The position numbers and the translations under genes are program-made. Below, in pieces: positions 19,458 through 28,869 of a stretch of DNA of 64,000 nucleotides (within the stretch, counting starts at the first letter, position 1; each line of letters begins with the position of its first letter). The notes below the pieces were generated by a model. It saw only the letters and a program-made list of their open reading frames with translations, ran no database searches and was not told the DNA's origin. The DNA is from an uncultured Candidatus Saccharibacteria bacterium (GTDB taxonomy: Bacteria; Patescibacteriota; Minisyncoccia; Phycocordibacterales; UBA2100): contig CAYGKV010000001.1 in assembly GCA_964350885.1 (NCBI GenBank), forward strand, positions 4,073-68,072, given 5' to 3'.

Positions 19458-19479
19458 CTGATATAATACTTCCTTCTCT

Positions 19480-20949
19480 ATGGAACTACCCGGAGAGAAG
19501 TGCGCAGTATTTGGAGCCTACGGAAAAGGGCTCGATGTTGCGCGCCTCTCCTTCTTCGGCCTCTTCGCTCTTCAGCATCGCGGACAAGAATCTTCCGGTA
19601 TTGCGACCGCGGACGGCGATACGATTACCGTACACAAGGGGATGGGGCTCGTCTCGCAGGTTTTTAATGACGATCTTGTCGGGAGCCTAAAGGGGCACGT
19701 TGCCGTGGGGCACAATAGGTATTCAACGACTGGCGGCTCGAAAGTGAAGCATGCCCAGCCTATGCTCGCCGCAGGAGCCTCTTCTTTGCAAAAACTCTCA
19801 TACGAGGATCCGCACCCCAGCCTCAATGATTCGATATCGCTGTGTTCTGGTCCCGATGACGGAGCGATCGCGCTAGCGCACAACGGAAACCTCCCGATCA
19901 CAGACAAGCTTGCCGAATTTCTTAATTCCAAAGGTGTCGATTCCGCAGAATTTTCAGATTCGCGAATGATGGTGGAGGCGATTGCGGCGCGCATGCGCGA
20001 AGGAATTGATCTCCCCTCGGCTATCAAAGATGTGTACCCGCTTTTCACCGGAGCTTTCTCGCTACTCATCATGTCAAAAGATACTCTGATCGCGGTGCGA
20101 GATCATTGTGGTATCCGCCCGCTTGCGCTTGCGAAATTAAATGGCGGATACATTATCGCGTCGGAGACGTGTGCGTTTGCCCCCATCGGAGCTGAGTTTG
20201 AGAGAGAAATCAATCCGGGAGAAATGGTGATCATCGATGAGAAGGGAATGCGTGCCGAACAGATTGCGCCGCCTGACCCTAAGCTCGATATTTTCGAGTT
20301 CGTTTATTTCGCGCGTCCCGACAGTCAGATCCTGGGGAAGTCGGTATATGAGGTCCGCCGCAATTTTGGTGTTGAACTTGCCAAAGAGTATCCCGTCAAG
20401 GCCGATGTCGTCATTCCGGTGCCCGAGACTGCCATTGCGTCTGCCATTGGTTACGCGCAAACGCTCGGAATTCCTTTTGAGATGGGGTTAACGAAGAACC
20501 GTTACATCCATCGCACATTCATCACGCCAGAGCAGCATGTGCGCGAGCAGGGAGTAAAAGCCAAGCTCACGCCCATTATCGAGGTTGTCCGGGGGAAACG
20601 CGTTGTCGTTTTTGATGATTCTATTGTACGCGGGACGACCTCACAGCAGATCGTCAAAATGCTTTTTGATGCTGGAGCATTGGAGGTCCACTGTCTGGTC
20701 GCTTCGCCCCCAGTCAAATTCCCCGATTTTTACGGCATCGACACACCCAAGCAGTCCGATCTCATTGCGGCGACCAAATCTGTGGAGGAGATAGAAAAAT
20801 ATCTCGGGGCGACCTCGCTTCGCTACCTTTCATACGAAGGCATGATCCGTGCTACCGGCCTTTCTGAAAACCAATTCTGCACCTCCTGCTTCACCGGCGT
20901 GTACCCTATAGATATTGGAGAACGAGCGAAGGAAATAAAAAAAGTGTAA
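19480..20949 (+). CDS. purF: amidophosphoribosyltransferase
   Basis: N-terminal propeptide then Cys nucleophile (CAVFGAY), Ntn glutaminase domain, PRTase motif VVVFDDSIVRGTT; C-terminal Cys cluster. Confidence 0.9.
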   Translation: MELPGEKCAVFGAYGKGLDVARLSFFGLFALQHRGQESSGIATADGDTITVHKGMGLVSQVFNDDLVGSLKGHVAVGHNRYSTTGGSKVKHAQPMLAAGASSLQKLSYEDPHPSLNDSISLCSGPDDGAIALAHNGNLPITDKLAEFLNSKGVDSAEFSDSRMMVEAIAARMREGIDLPSAIKDVYPLFTGAFSLLIMSKDTLIAVRDHCGIRPLALAKLNGGYIIASETCAFAPIGAEFEREINPGEMVIIDEKGMRAEQIAPPDPKLDIFEFVYFARPDSQILGKSVYEVRRNFGVELAKEYPVKADVVIPVPETAIASAIGYAQTLGIPFEMGLTKNRYIHRTFITPEQHVREQGVKAKLTPIIEVVRGKRVVVFDDSIVRGTTSQQIVKMLFDAGALEVHCLVASPPVKFPDFYGIDTPKQSDLIAATKSVEEIEKYLGATSLRYLSYEGMIRATGLSENQFCTSCFTGVYPIDIGERAKEIKKV

Positions 20950-21068
20950 AAACTGTTAATGCGGTAAGTGTGGATAACTAGTTTTTTGCTTTAAAATACG
21001 GGGGAAAAGCACGAGTCCTAGTCGTAAAACGTGCCCGCCAGACACGCAGAAGATATACAATTAACGCT

Positions 21069-21272
21069 ATGAGTGATGAAGTAGTAGAGCCAACCAAATT
21101 TCGTGGCTTGAAGAAAGAGCACGCTGGAAAGTGGGTGGTTGCTGACAGCAAAACTGGAAAAATACTTCTTGCTGCCGATTCTCTTGCGGAATCTCTAAAA
21201 AAGACTGACTCGGTTAAGAGAAGAAGGGTCTTTAAAGCACTCGGTCAATTCTATGCTGGTGCCGCTCTCTAA
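21069..21272 (+). CDS. small hypothetical protein (GKWVV…DSKTGKIL motif), partner of downstream protease
   Basis: 67 aa; stop overlaps downstream start (TAATG); local GC ~45%. Confidence 0.4.
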   Translation: MSDEVVEPTKFRGLKKEHAGKWVVADSKTGKILLAADSLAESLKKTDSVKRRRVFKALGQFYAGAAL

Positions 21273-21715
21273 TGAGATTTAGGACCAAGGAAGTTGAGTC
21301 ACCCGATAACCCTTCGGAGTATCTGAAGACCCCTTGGGGCACGACAGTAAAAAGACCCGAAATTGATATCGAATTGTTGGATTCTGATGAAGATTCGTTA
21401 TTCGACCTTTCCGCAATCATAGATTCAGGAGCTGACATTACGATGGTTAACGCCGAGTACGCACTATCTTTGGGAGTATCTCTTCATAAAATACCAGATG
21501 TAGACGTTAAGGGTGTCACGGTAGTCGCAAAAGGAAAGCCCGCCATCATAAAGGTGCATCTCACCAAACTCGGTGATACGCTAGATTTACCGGTGCTTTT
21601 TATCGATAAACCAACCGTAAATATACTTTTAGGACGCGAGGTCTTTTTTCAAAGGTACAAAATTCGTTTCTGTATTTCTGAAGGTTTCTTCGAGATTAAG
21701 CGCATATCAGGGTGA
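21272..21715 (+). CDS. retropepsin-like (clan AA) aspartic protease
   Basis: SAIIDSGADITMVN – the D-S/T-G-A catalytic motif in typical retropepsin context, 147 aa single-lobe size. Confidence 0.55.
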   Translation: MRFRTKEVESPDNPSEYLKTPWGTTVKRPEIDIELLDSDEDSLFDLSAIIDSGADITMVNAEYALSLGVSLHKIPDVDVKGVTVVAKGKPAIIKVHLTKLGDTLDLPVLFIDKPTVNILLGREVFFQRYKIRFCISEGFFEIKRISG

Positions 21716-22028
21716 GAACAAATCCCTCTAAAGAAAGAATCTAAGAGGTCATTCTCGGGATGATGCCCTTTCCACAGGATATATCTCAGCGGTGCCCTCC
21801 TTCCTTGCTTTTTATGAACTCTGTCCCAAAGACGCATCGGTGGGTTGCTAGCTCTGTTTAAGTGCGGTTGTCCGTTTCAATCCCGTCTACTAAGGATCGC
21901 ACACCCGATTTTCAGCGCCTTCGCCGCATCTCAGCGGCAAGAGATGTTTGAGCTGGTGGCATATTGCCAGCGAATCGCGCATGAGTCAACGCGTGGACAG
22001 GAAGGTGGAATACGGGTAATCTGCTCGC

Positions 22029-23279
22029 ATGTCATTCAAACAACCGTATCTGCCAAGTGAGAAAATATTAAAAAATTACGCCGATGTGCTGGTGAATTTT
22101 GCACTTGGCGGCGGAAAGGGAATTAAGAAAGGGGAGGTCGTGCGTGTATCGGCGAGCGAATCAGCGAAGCCGCTGTACCTCGCTGTCTGTAATGCGATTA
22201 TTGATTCGGGAGGTCATGTGCTGTCCAATTATGGACCGGATGACGAAAAGGGCGACAAACGCCGGAATGAAAGCTTCACGCGCCATTTCTACGAACATGC
22301 TGAGCCACACCAGTTGAATTTTTTCCCGGCGAAGTACTTGAAGGGGATTGTTGAACAAATGGACCATTCGGTCTTTTTGCTTGCCGAGAAAGATCCTCAT
22401 GCGCTCCAGGGTGTTGACCCAAAGAAAATAATGCAGCGTGGCCTCGCACTCAAACCGTTTATGGATTGGCGGCATAAGAAAGAGTGGGCGGGCAAGTTTA
22501 CCTGGACGATAGCGCTCTATGGCACGCCCGCCATGGCTAAGGAAGCCGGTATTTCTGAGAAAGAATATTGGGATCAGATAATCAAGGCGTGTTTCCTGGA
22601 CGAGAAAAATCCGATAGCGAAGTGGAAGGCCGTGTATCGCGATATCGAGAAATACCGCAGTCGTCTCAACAAGCTCTCGCCGCATATCGATAGATTGCAC
22701 GCCGTGGGCCCCGACATGGACATGTGGTATACGCTTGGCGAAAGGCGCGCATGGCACGCGGGGAGTGGAAGGAATATTCCAAGTTTCGAGATATTTACCT
22801 CGCCCGATTGGCGTGGCACCAATGGTTGGATACGGATCAATCAGCCCCTCTATCGTTATTCCAACAAGATCACTGGCATCGAACTTGTGTTCAAAGATGG
22901 AGTTGTTGTAAAGAGCTGCGCTAAGACCAACGAAAAATTACTGAAAGAAATGATTGCTACAAAAGGAGCAAACAAAATCGGCGAGTATTCACTGACCGAC
23001 AAACGCCACTCTCGCATCACAAAATTCATGGCGGAGACGCTCTTCGATGAGAATATGGGAGGTCGTTATGGCAATTCCCACATCGCGCTCGGTATGAGCT
23101 ACCGCGATACGTACGCGGGCGACGTGTCCAAACTCACCGACAAAGAGGCAAAGCGCCTTGGCTTCAACGACTCATCAGTCCACACGGACGTCGTCTCGAC
23201 GACCGACCGCACCGTAACCGCGCATCTGAAAGATGGCACGACGAAGGTCATCTACAAGGATGGGATGTTTGTCTTGTAA
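22029..23279 (+). CDS. aminopeptidase, M29 (AmpS/aminopeptidase T) family
   Basis: TLFDENMGGRYGNSHIALGMSY and SSVHTDVVSTTDRTVTAHLKDGT align with the AmpT C-terminus; 416 aa. Confidence 0.75.
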   Translation: MSFKQPYLPSEKILKNYADVLVNFALGGGKGIKKGEVVRVSASESAKPLYLAVCNAIIDSGGHVLSNYGPDDEKGDKRRNESFTRHFYEHAEPHQLNFFPAKYLKGIVEQMDHSVFLLAEKDPHALQGVDPKKIMQRGLALKPFMDWRHKKEWAGKFTWTIALYGTPAMAKEAGISEKEYWDQIIKACFLDEKNPIAKWKAVYRDIEKYRSRLNKLSPHIDRLHAVGPDMDMWYTLGERRAWHAGSGRNIPSFEIFTSPDWRGTNGWIRINQPLYRYSNKITGIELVFKDGVVVKSCAKTNEKLLKEMIATKGANKIGEYSLTDKRHSRITKFMAETLFDENMGGRYGNSHIALGMSYRDTYAGDVSKLTDKEAKRLGFNDSSVHTDVVSTTDRTVTAHLKDGTTKVIYKDGMFVL

Positions 23280-23282
23280 TCC

Positions 23283-23945
23283 ATGACGACAAAGACCGTT
23301 TATTTCGTCCGGCATGGGGAGAGCGAAGCTAACGCGGGACCTACGTGGGGAGACGAAACGTCCCCAATATCTTCCAAAGGAAAAGGTCAAGCGGAAGTTG
23401 TTGCCGAGCGAATGGCGAAGTTGCCCGTCGATGTAGTCATCTCAAGCACATTTGAAAGAGCAGTCGATACTGCGCGCATAATTGCACAGCGCATCGACAA
23501 AAAGACGAAGCAATCGAGCCTATTTGGGGAATATAAACGTCCATCTATATTGCACGGCAAAGTTCGCAAAGATCCTTCGGCAATGGAAATCACTGACGAG
23601 GTCCGGAACAACTTTCACGTACCCGGGTACAGGTATTCCGATGAGGAAAACTTCGACGACTTTAAAAAGAGGGCACTCGCGTGTCTCGATTACTTGGAGA
23701 AGCAAGAGGAAGAAAACATTGTTGTCGTGACTCACGGGTTTTTCCTTCGAGTACTTATGGCGGCTGTTGTCTTCGGCGACGAGCTTACAGGGAAAGAATG
23801 TGAACATTTCATACGCTCTTTTCGAATGGATAATGTTGGCATAACCATTGTGCGCCTTAGGAATGCTCCGTATCGACTACCTACTGGAGAGCCGGGGTCT
23901 AAGTGGGAACTGAAAGTCTGGAACGACCACGCGCACTTGGGGTAG
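23283..23945 (+). CDS. histidine phosphatase family protein
   Basis: VYFVRHGESEAN catalytic RHG motif; 220 aa. Confidence 0.65.
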   Translation: MTTKTVYFVRHGESEANAGPTWGDETSPISSKGKGQAEVVAERMAKLPVDVVISSTFERAVDTARIIAQRIDKKTKQSSLFGEYKRPSILHGKVRKDPSAMEITDEVRNNFHVPGYRYSDEENFDDFKKRALACLDYLEKQEEENIVVVTHGFFLRVLMAAVVFGDELTGKECEHFIRSFRMDNVGITIVRLRNAPYRLPTGEPGSKWELKVWNDHAHLG

Positions 23946-23965
23946 TGTGGTATCATATTCATCCC

Positions 23966-24508
23966 ATGAGATTTTCTATTCCCGAAGGCACGATCAAGTT
24001 TGTAATTGGTTGGACAGCGATATTCTTGTTTCGCCTGATTCCCTTCCGGCCGCCAAATTTTGAGCCGATGCTGGCGACTGTGATGCCTTTTTCCAAACGC
24101 TACGGGCTCGTGGGCAGTTTTCTTTTCGGGTTTTTGGGGATTGTGTTTTATGATGCAGTTACATCAGGGTGGGGGAGTTGGACATGGGTAACCGCCGTTT
24201 GCTACGGACTCCTCGGTGTTGCCGCGCACTACTTTTTCAAAAACCGCGCGGCATCGGTCAAGAATTTCCTTGTGTTCGGTATCCCGGCGACGATCGTTTA
24301 TGATGCGATTACGATGATGATAGGGCCGATTTTCCAGAGTCAGTCGTTTGCGGTCGCTCTTGCGGGCCAGATCCCCTTTACCCTCATGCACCTCCTCGGC
24401 ACGGTAGTTTTCTCGGTTCTCTTGAGCCCAGCGCTCTACCGATGGGTGGTGCAAAATAAGGTATTCGAGCTCTCGTGGGGAGGGCGGGTTGCGGCAAGTG
24501 TAAAATAG
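23966..24508 (+). CDS. membrane protein, possibly ECF-transporter S-component-like
   Basis: ~180 aa, 5-6 TM helices; start chosen at MRFSIPEG after upstream gene stop; family uncertain. Confidence 0.35.
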   Translation: MRFSIPEGTIKFVIGWTAIFLFRLIPFRPPNFEPMLATVMPFSKRYGLVGSFLFGFLGIVFYDAVTSGWGSWTWVTAVCYGLLGVAAHYFFKNRAASVKNFLVFGIPATIVYDAITMMIGPIFQSQSFAVALAGQIPFTLMHLLGTVVFSVLLSPALYRWVVQNKVFELSWGGRVAASVK

Positions 24509-24528
24509 TCTACACTTTACCTTTAATG

Positions 24529-25437
24529 CACCACCTCGTCCGGACACAGCAGTTCACCAGGGCCTCGCTGAAGCAACTCTTCGAGCTTGCCGACAAACTG
24601 GAGAAAGAAAAAGACGACAGTCTCAAAGGCAAGATAATGGCATCGCTCTTTTTTGAACCATCCACGCGGACGCGCTTTTCTTTTGAATCCGCGATGATGC
24701 GTCTTGGCGGCGATGTGCTCACGACCGAGAATGGCCGCGAATCTTCTTCATCGGCAAAAGGCGAGACCCTCGAAGACACGATCCGGGTGATGAACTACTA
24801 TGCGGACATCATCGTCATGCGCCACCCCGAGGAGGGCGCATCGGAGCGCGCTTCCAAGGTATCGGACATACCGGTCATCAATGCAGGTGACGGCGCAGGA
24901 CAGCATCCGACACAAGCGCTCCTCGATCTCTACACCATCCAGCGCGAGCACGGGAGTGCCGACGGCATATCGATCGCATTCGTCGGCGATCTCAAATACG
25001 GGCGTGCCGCGCGTTCGCTTGCGTACCTCCTCGGCAAATTCGATGATGTGAAGATAACGTTTGTGTCAGATCCAGAATTACGAGCCGGAGATGACATCAA
25101 GGCATACCTCAAGAGGCACAATACCCACTTTGAAGAAATCGAGGATATGGAGGCCGCCATGAAAAAGGTTGATGTCGTGTACCAAACGCGTATCCAGAAA
25201 GAACGCTTCAAAAGTGAAGACGAATACAAGCGTCTCAAGGGGCACTATGTCATCGATCGCAAGCGAGCTGATTCAATGAAAAAAGGCGCTATCATCATTC
25301 ATCCGCTTCCTCGTGTTGGCGAAATAATGCCGGAAGTCGACGATTCACCGCACGCCGTCTATTTCCGCCAAGTCGGTTATGGTCACTCCGTCCGCATGGC
25401 CCTCTTGAAAACGATGCTAAACGGAAAGAAAACTTAG
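24529..25437 (+). CDS. pyrB: aspartate carbamoyltransferase catalytic subunit
   Basis: STRTR carbamoyl-phosphate motif, HPTQALLD, HPLP; ~300 aa. Confidence 0.85.
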   Translation, partial: HHLVRTQQFTRASLKQLFELADKLEKEKDDSLKGKIMASLFFEPSTRTRFSFESAMMRLGGDVLTTENGRESSSSAKGETLEDTIRVMNYYADIIVMRHPEEGASERASKVSDIPVINAGDGAGQHPTQALLDLYTIQREHGSADGISIAFVGDLKYGRAARSLAYLLGKFDDVKITFVSDPELRAGDDIKAYLKRHNTHFEEIEDMEAAMKKVDVVYQTRIQKERFKSEDEYKRLKGHYVIDRKRADSMKKGAIIIHPLPRVGEIMPEVDDSPHAVYFRQVGYGHSVRMALLKTMLNGKKT

Positions 25438-25985
25438 CCTCTGTTCTCGAGTTTTCGGAAGATAGTAATTCCGAGCCACACAAAAATCCCGCCGAGGAAA
25501 AGTCCTGCGATGACATCGCTCAGGTAATGTACTCCGAGATAAAGGCGGCTAAACGCAATGCTCATAATAAGCGCGCCGAGACCAAGAGTTAGAAAGGTAC
25601 GGAAGGTTGATGGGGGAACGAGATGCCAGATGAGATAGATACAAAATCCGTAAAAGGCGGTTGCGATCGTTGCGTGCCCGCTCGGGAGCGAAAATCCGCT
25701 TTCAATATACGCTTGATATGCAACGGGGGGACGAGCACGTTGAATCAAATGTTTAAGCGTGTACATTGAGCCCACTCCTCCCAAAGAGCTTACAACGAAG
25801 CCAGCAAGATATGCGTAGCGCTTTTGCGAGGCGAGGAAGATGCTTATACAAACGGCAAGGCTGCAGATCAAAATGGCGCCCCCCATCTCGCTTACACCGA
25901 GTAAGAAATTCGTCGTGTAAAAATCGCGATGGGTGTACAGAGATTCGAGAACTCGCGTATCGAGCGACGAAATAATGTCAATCAT
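25434..25985 (-). CDS. PAP2-family lipid phosphatase
   Basis: KHLIQRARPP…SLPSGHATIATAFYG = PAP2 motifs (KxxxxxxRP, PSGH, SRxxxxxHxxxD-like). Confidence 0.7.
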   Translation of the reverse strand: MIDIISSLDTRVLESLYTHRDFYTTNFLLGVSEMGGAILICSLAVCISIFLASQKRYAYLAGFVVSSLGGVGSMYTLKHLIQRARPPVAYQAYIESGFSLPSGHATIATAFYGFCIYLIWHLVPPSTFRTFLTLGLGALIMSIAFSRLYLGVHYLSDVIAGLFLGGIFVWLGITIFRKLENRG

Positions 25986-26362
25986 GCGAGAGGGAGTAGA
26001 TAGGGAATGAATATGGTACTGCCAATCGTGAGCGCGGTTATCGCCGACAATAGTACCGCTGCGGCGGCGAGGTCTTTGATTTTTGCGATATGGGGATCAT
26101 GGTCACTCTTCACCATGTCGCAAAATTCTTCGAGCGCGGTATTGAGCGCTTCTGTAGCAAGAACAAAACCAATCAAAAAGATAATCACTACAAACTCAAT
26201 GCGCGTGAGTGGAAGTATGGACGCCGCTGCTATGGCAAGAGCACCACATACGACTTCGATCTTGAAATTCATCTCTTCACGCCATGCGATATTGACACCG
26301 CGCAGGGCGTGCCGAAAGCTTCGTACCTTCTTTTCAAGCATATGTGCTATTGTATACTCCAA
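25982..26362 (-). CDS. dgkA: diacylglycerol/undecaprenol kinase DgkA family
   Basis: 3-TM ~120 aa, ATEALNTALEEFCDMV (LNTAIE motif). Confidence 0.7.
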   Translation of the reverse strand: MEYTIAHMLEKKVRSFRHALRGVNIAWREEMNFKIEVVCGALAIAAASILPLTRIEFVVIIFLIGFVLATEALNTALEEFCDMVKSDHDPHIAKIKDLAAAAVLLSAITALTIGSTIFIPYLLPLA

Positions 26363-27126
26363 AGGACATGTTTGAAATACTCACCGCGTCGGTCCTCGTC
26401 ATGCTCGTCTCTCTTTCGGGCAAACTGATTACGATTCGACAAGTCGGGCCATTTTTCCAAAGAAACCTTCACTTTCTCGTTAGCTTTGCAGCCGGGGTGA
26501 TTTTTGTTGTTATGTATCGGCTTGTCGCAGAGATTGTCGAGCACACGGGGTCGCTCGTGGGAGGACTGCCATGGATACTTGTGGGTGGACTCGTCGTCTT
26601 TACTGCATTTCGGTACCTTCCGCATTTCCACCATCACCACGATGCCAGTGCGAAAGGTCACACGCATTCCCGGATTGATGCCAGCCGGATCTTGTTTAGC
26701 GATGGAATCCACAACGTTGGTGACGGTGTCGTGATCGTCACTTCATTTGCCGCCTCCCCTCTCTTGGGGATTGTGAGTACGGTGAGCATCATGGTACATG
26801 AAATGCTCCAAGAGATATCGGAGTTTTTTGTCCTTCGCGAGGCTGGCCTCTCTACACGAAAGGCGCTTATGTATAACCTCCTCACCTCATCGACCATCCT
26901 CGTTGGTGCACTCGGCGGGTTTTTCCTTCTTGAGAGATTTGAAGCTCTCGAGATACCCCTTCTCGGTTTTGCGGCTGGGTCGTACCTCATTGTTGTCTTT
27001 CACGATCTCATCCCACATTCTCTCGGAATGGCGAACGAGCATGGCCACCACCTTAAGCACGCTCTATTTTTCGTTGCAGGCATTGCGCTTATGGGGCTTT
27101 TTGTAGTTCTCCTCCCGTCGCACTAA
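26344..27126 (+). CDS. zupT: ZIP-family divalent metal transporter (ZupT-like)
   Basis: His-rich loop HFHHHHDASAKGHTHS, HNVGDG and HEMLQE/HDLIPHS metal-binding motifs in TM4/5. Confidence 0.7.
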   Translation: MLLYTPKDMFEILTASVLVMLVSLSGKLITIRQVGPFFQRNLHFLVSFAAGVIFVVMYRLVAEIVEHTGSLVGGLPWILVGGLVVFTAFRYLPHFHHHHDASAKGHTHSRIDASRILFSDGIHNVGDGVVIVTSFAASPLLGIVSTVSIMVHEMLQEISEFFVLREAGLSTRKALMYNLLTSSTILVGALGGFFLLERFEALEIPLLGFAAGSYLIVVFHDLIPHSLGMANEHGHHLKHALFFVAGIALMGLFVVLLPSH

Positions 27127-27198
27127 ACTCGGGAAAAGTCGCGAGGAGAAGGTCAAACGTTGACATGATTGTCAATGTAGTGTAATGTATTTCCTCGT

Positions 27199-28854
27199 AT
27201 GAATCCTAAAATACTGTTGATTAAAGCCGTTTTTTACGTGCGGCGAGACAGTCCTCGACTTTGGACATATATAAAGACACTAGGGTGGAAGAGGGGATCA
27301 ATTGCCTCGGCTGTTGTGATTGTCGCGATTGGCGGGATCGTTTTTGCAACACGGCAAACCGCCCCCGCAGCATTTGCTATTCCTTCGGAGAAGACAGTTC
27401 GACTGAAAAGCGTCGCTGAACTTTCGTCGCAAAGCTCACCGCTTTCAATCGTCGGCCAAGTAACATCAAAGTCTGAAGCGACTGTTCGGTCTGAGCGTTC
27501 AGGCCAAGTGGTCGCGATATACAAAGCGCTTGGTGATAGTATTTCTGCGGGCACTGTTGTTGCGGAGATTGAAAATGCGTCCGAGCGGGCAGCAGTCCTT
27601 CAAGCGGAAGCGGGCGTAGACGCAGCTGAAGCAAACCTCATGAAAGTGACCGGCGGAGCACGGAGCGAGCAGCTCGCCATTCTCGAATTGGGGGTCACCA
27701 ACGCGTCAGCATCTCTCCAGGCCTCGCGCTCGACCGCGTTGAATGCGATTCTATCTGCGTACGCTACAGCTGACAGCTCCGTTCATAGCACGGCAGACAA
27801 GATGTTCACCAACCCAGGTAAGACAGGTTCGACGTTCAACATCATTTCGTCGGACTCGCAATTGACAAATCGCATTGAAAATATGCGCAACACGGTCGAA
27901 CAATATCTCACGCGCCAAGAATTTATGGTAAACACACTTACGAGCGCATCAGACCTCGATAGCGAACTCGTGAAAGCCCAAGAAGAAATGCGTGAAATTC
28001 GAACGTTTTTGGACATGATCGTTTCCGCACTCAACAAGGGAATTTCATCGGGAATCTCGGGTACTACAATCGCCGCACATCTTGCCGAGGCTACCGTTGC
28101 GCGCTCGTCTCTCAGTGGCTCTTTGGCGGCTCTCTCTGGGGCAGTGCAGGGGATTGCCTCTAGCGAATCTGTGCTCGCTGTTTCGAAGAAAAATCTTGAA
28201 CAAGGCATCGTCGGGGGGCAAGCGGAAGATGTGGCCGCGGCACGGGCGGCGCTAAAACAAGCACAGGGCGGCTTGGCCGCGGCACGAGCGAATCTGCAAA
28301 AGACGATTATTCGCGCTCCAATCTCCGGTACGATTAATTCCTTTTCGTTGAAGCGCGGAGATTACGTCCAAATGTCTTCTCCCGTGCTCACGGTTGCGAA
28401 TAATGGGGCATTGGAAGTCGTAGCGTATGTATCCGAAGTAGATGCTCGCGAGCTTGCGGTAGGACAAAAAGCAACGCTCGACCAGGCGATTGGCGTTGTG
28501 ACGCGCATCGCCCAAGCTCTCGATCCGCTCACGAAAAAGATTGAGGTTCGCGTCGGTGTGAGCGATCCCACAGGCCTCATTAATGGTCAGTCGGTCTTGG
28601 TCGCGATCCAGCGCACATCGGCTCTCTCCGGAAGCGTGGCACGAATTACCATACCGATTGCCGCGATCAAGGTTGAATCGGATCGCGAGGTCGTTTTTGG
28701 GGTTACGCCCCAAAATACGCTCATCGCGTACCCTGTCGTCCTCGGCGCTCTCCTCGGGGAAAGGGTCGTGGTGGCCTCTGGTATTTCTGGCGACATGAAT
28801 ATCGTTATTGATGCTCGTGGATTGCGGGAGGGGGAAAGGGTGAAAGTACAATAA
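27199..28854 (+). CDS. efflux RND periplasmic adaptor (HlyD/MFP family) with extended coiled coil
   Basis: N-terminal TM anchor, biotinyl-lipoyl-like (VVAEIENA), long alpha-helical hairpin, beta-barrel C-terminus; precedes RND pump. Confidence 0.7.
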   Translation: MNPKILLIKAVFYVRRDSPRLWTYIKTLGWKRGSIASAVVIVAIGGIVFATRQTAPAAFAIPSEKTVRLKSVAELSSQSSPLSIVGQVTSKSEATVRSERSGQVVAIYKALGDSISAGTVVAEIENASERAAVLQAEAGVDAAEANLMKVTGGARSEQLAILELGVTNASASLQASRSTALNAILSAYATADSSVHSTADKMFTNPGKTGSTFNIISSDSQLTNRIENMRNTVEQYLTRQEFMVNTLTSASDLDSELVKAQEEMREIRTFLDMIVSALNKGISSGISGTTIAAHLAEATVARSSLSGSLAALSGAVQGIASSESVLAVSKKNLEQGIVGGQAEDVAAARAALKQAQGGLAAARANLQKTIIRAPISGTINSFSLKRGDYVQMSSPVLTVANNGALEVVAYVSEVDARELAVGQKATLDQAIGVVTRIAQALDPLTKKIEVRVGVSDPTGLINGQSVLVAIQRTSALSGSVARITIPIAAIKVESDREVVFGVTPQNTLIAYPVVLGALLGERVVVASGISGDMNIVIDARGLREGERVKVQ

Positions 28855-28869
28855 ATAGAGAATTCACGC

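Noticed and set aside
17686-19466. Strict horizontal-transfer GC island call for hisG/GNAT
   Set aside because: GC is ~63-65% here, but I measured similar values in uvrA/uvrB and ~45-50% in other core genes, so composition is too heterogeneous to call an island on GC alone.
21716-22028. tmRNA / RNase P RNA / SRP RNA in the 313 bp gap
   Set aside because: None of the conserved blocks I looked for are present (tmRNA 3' GGTTCGATTCC…CCACCA; RNase P AGGAAAGTCCGGGCTCC; SRP GGAAGCAGCCAAGG); kept only as unexplained noncoding space.
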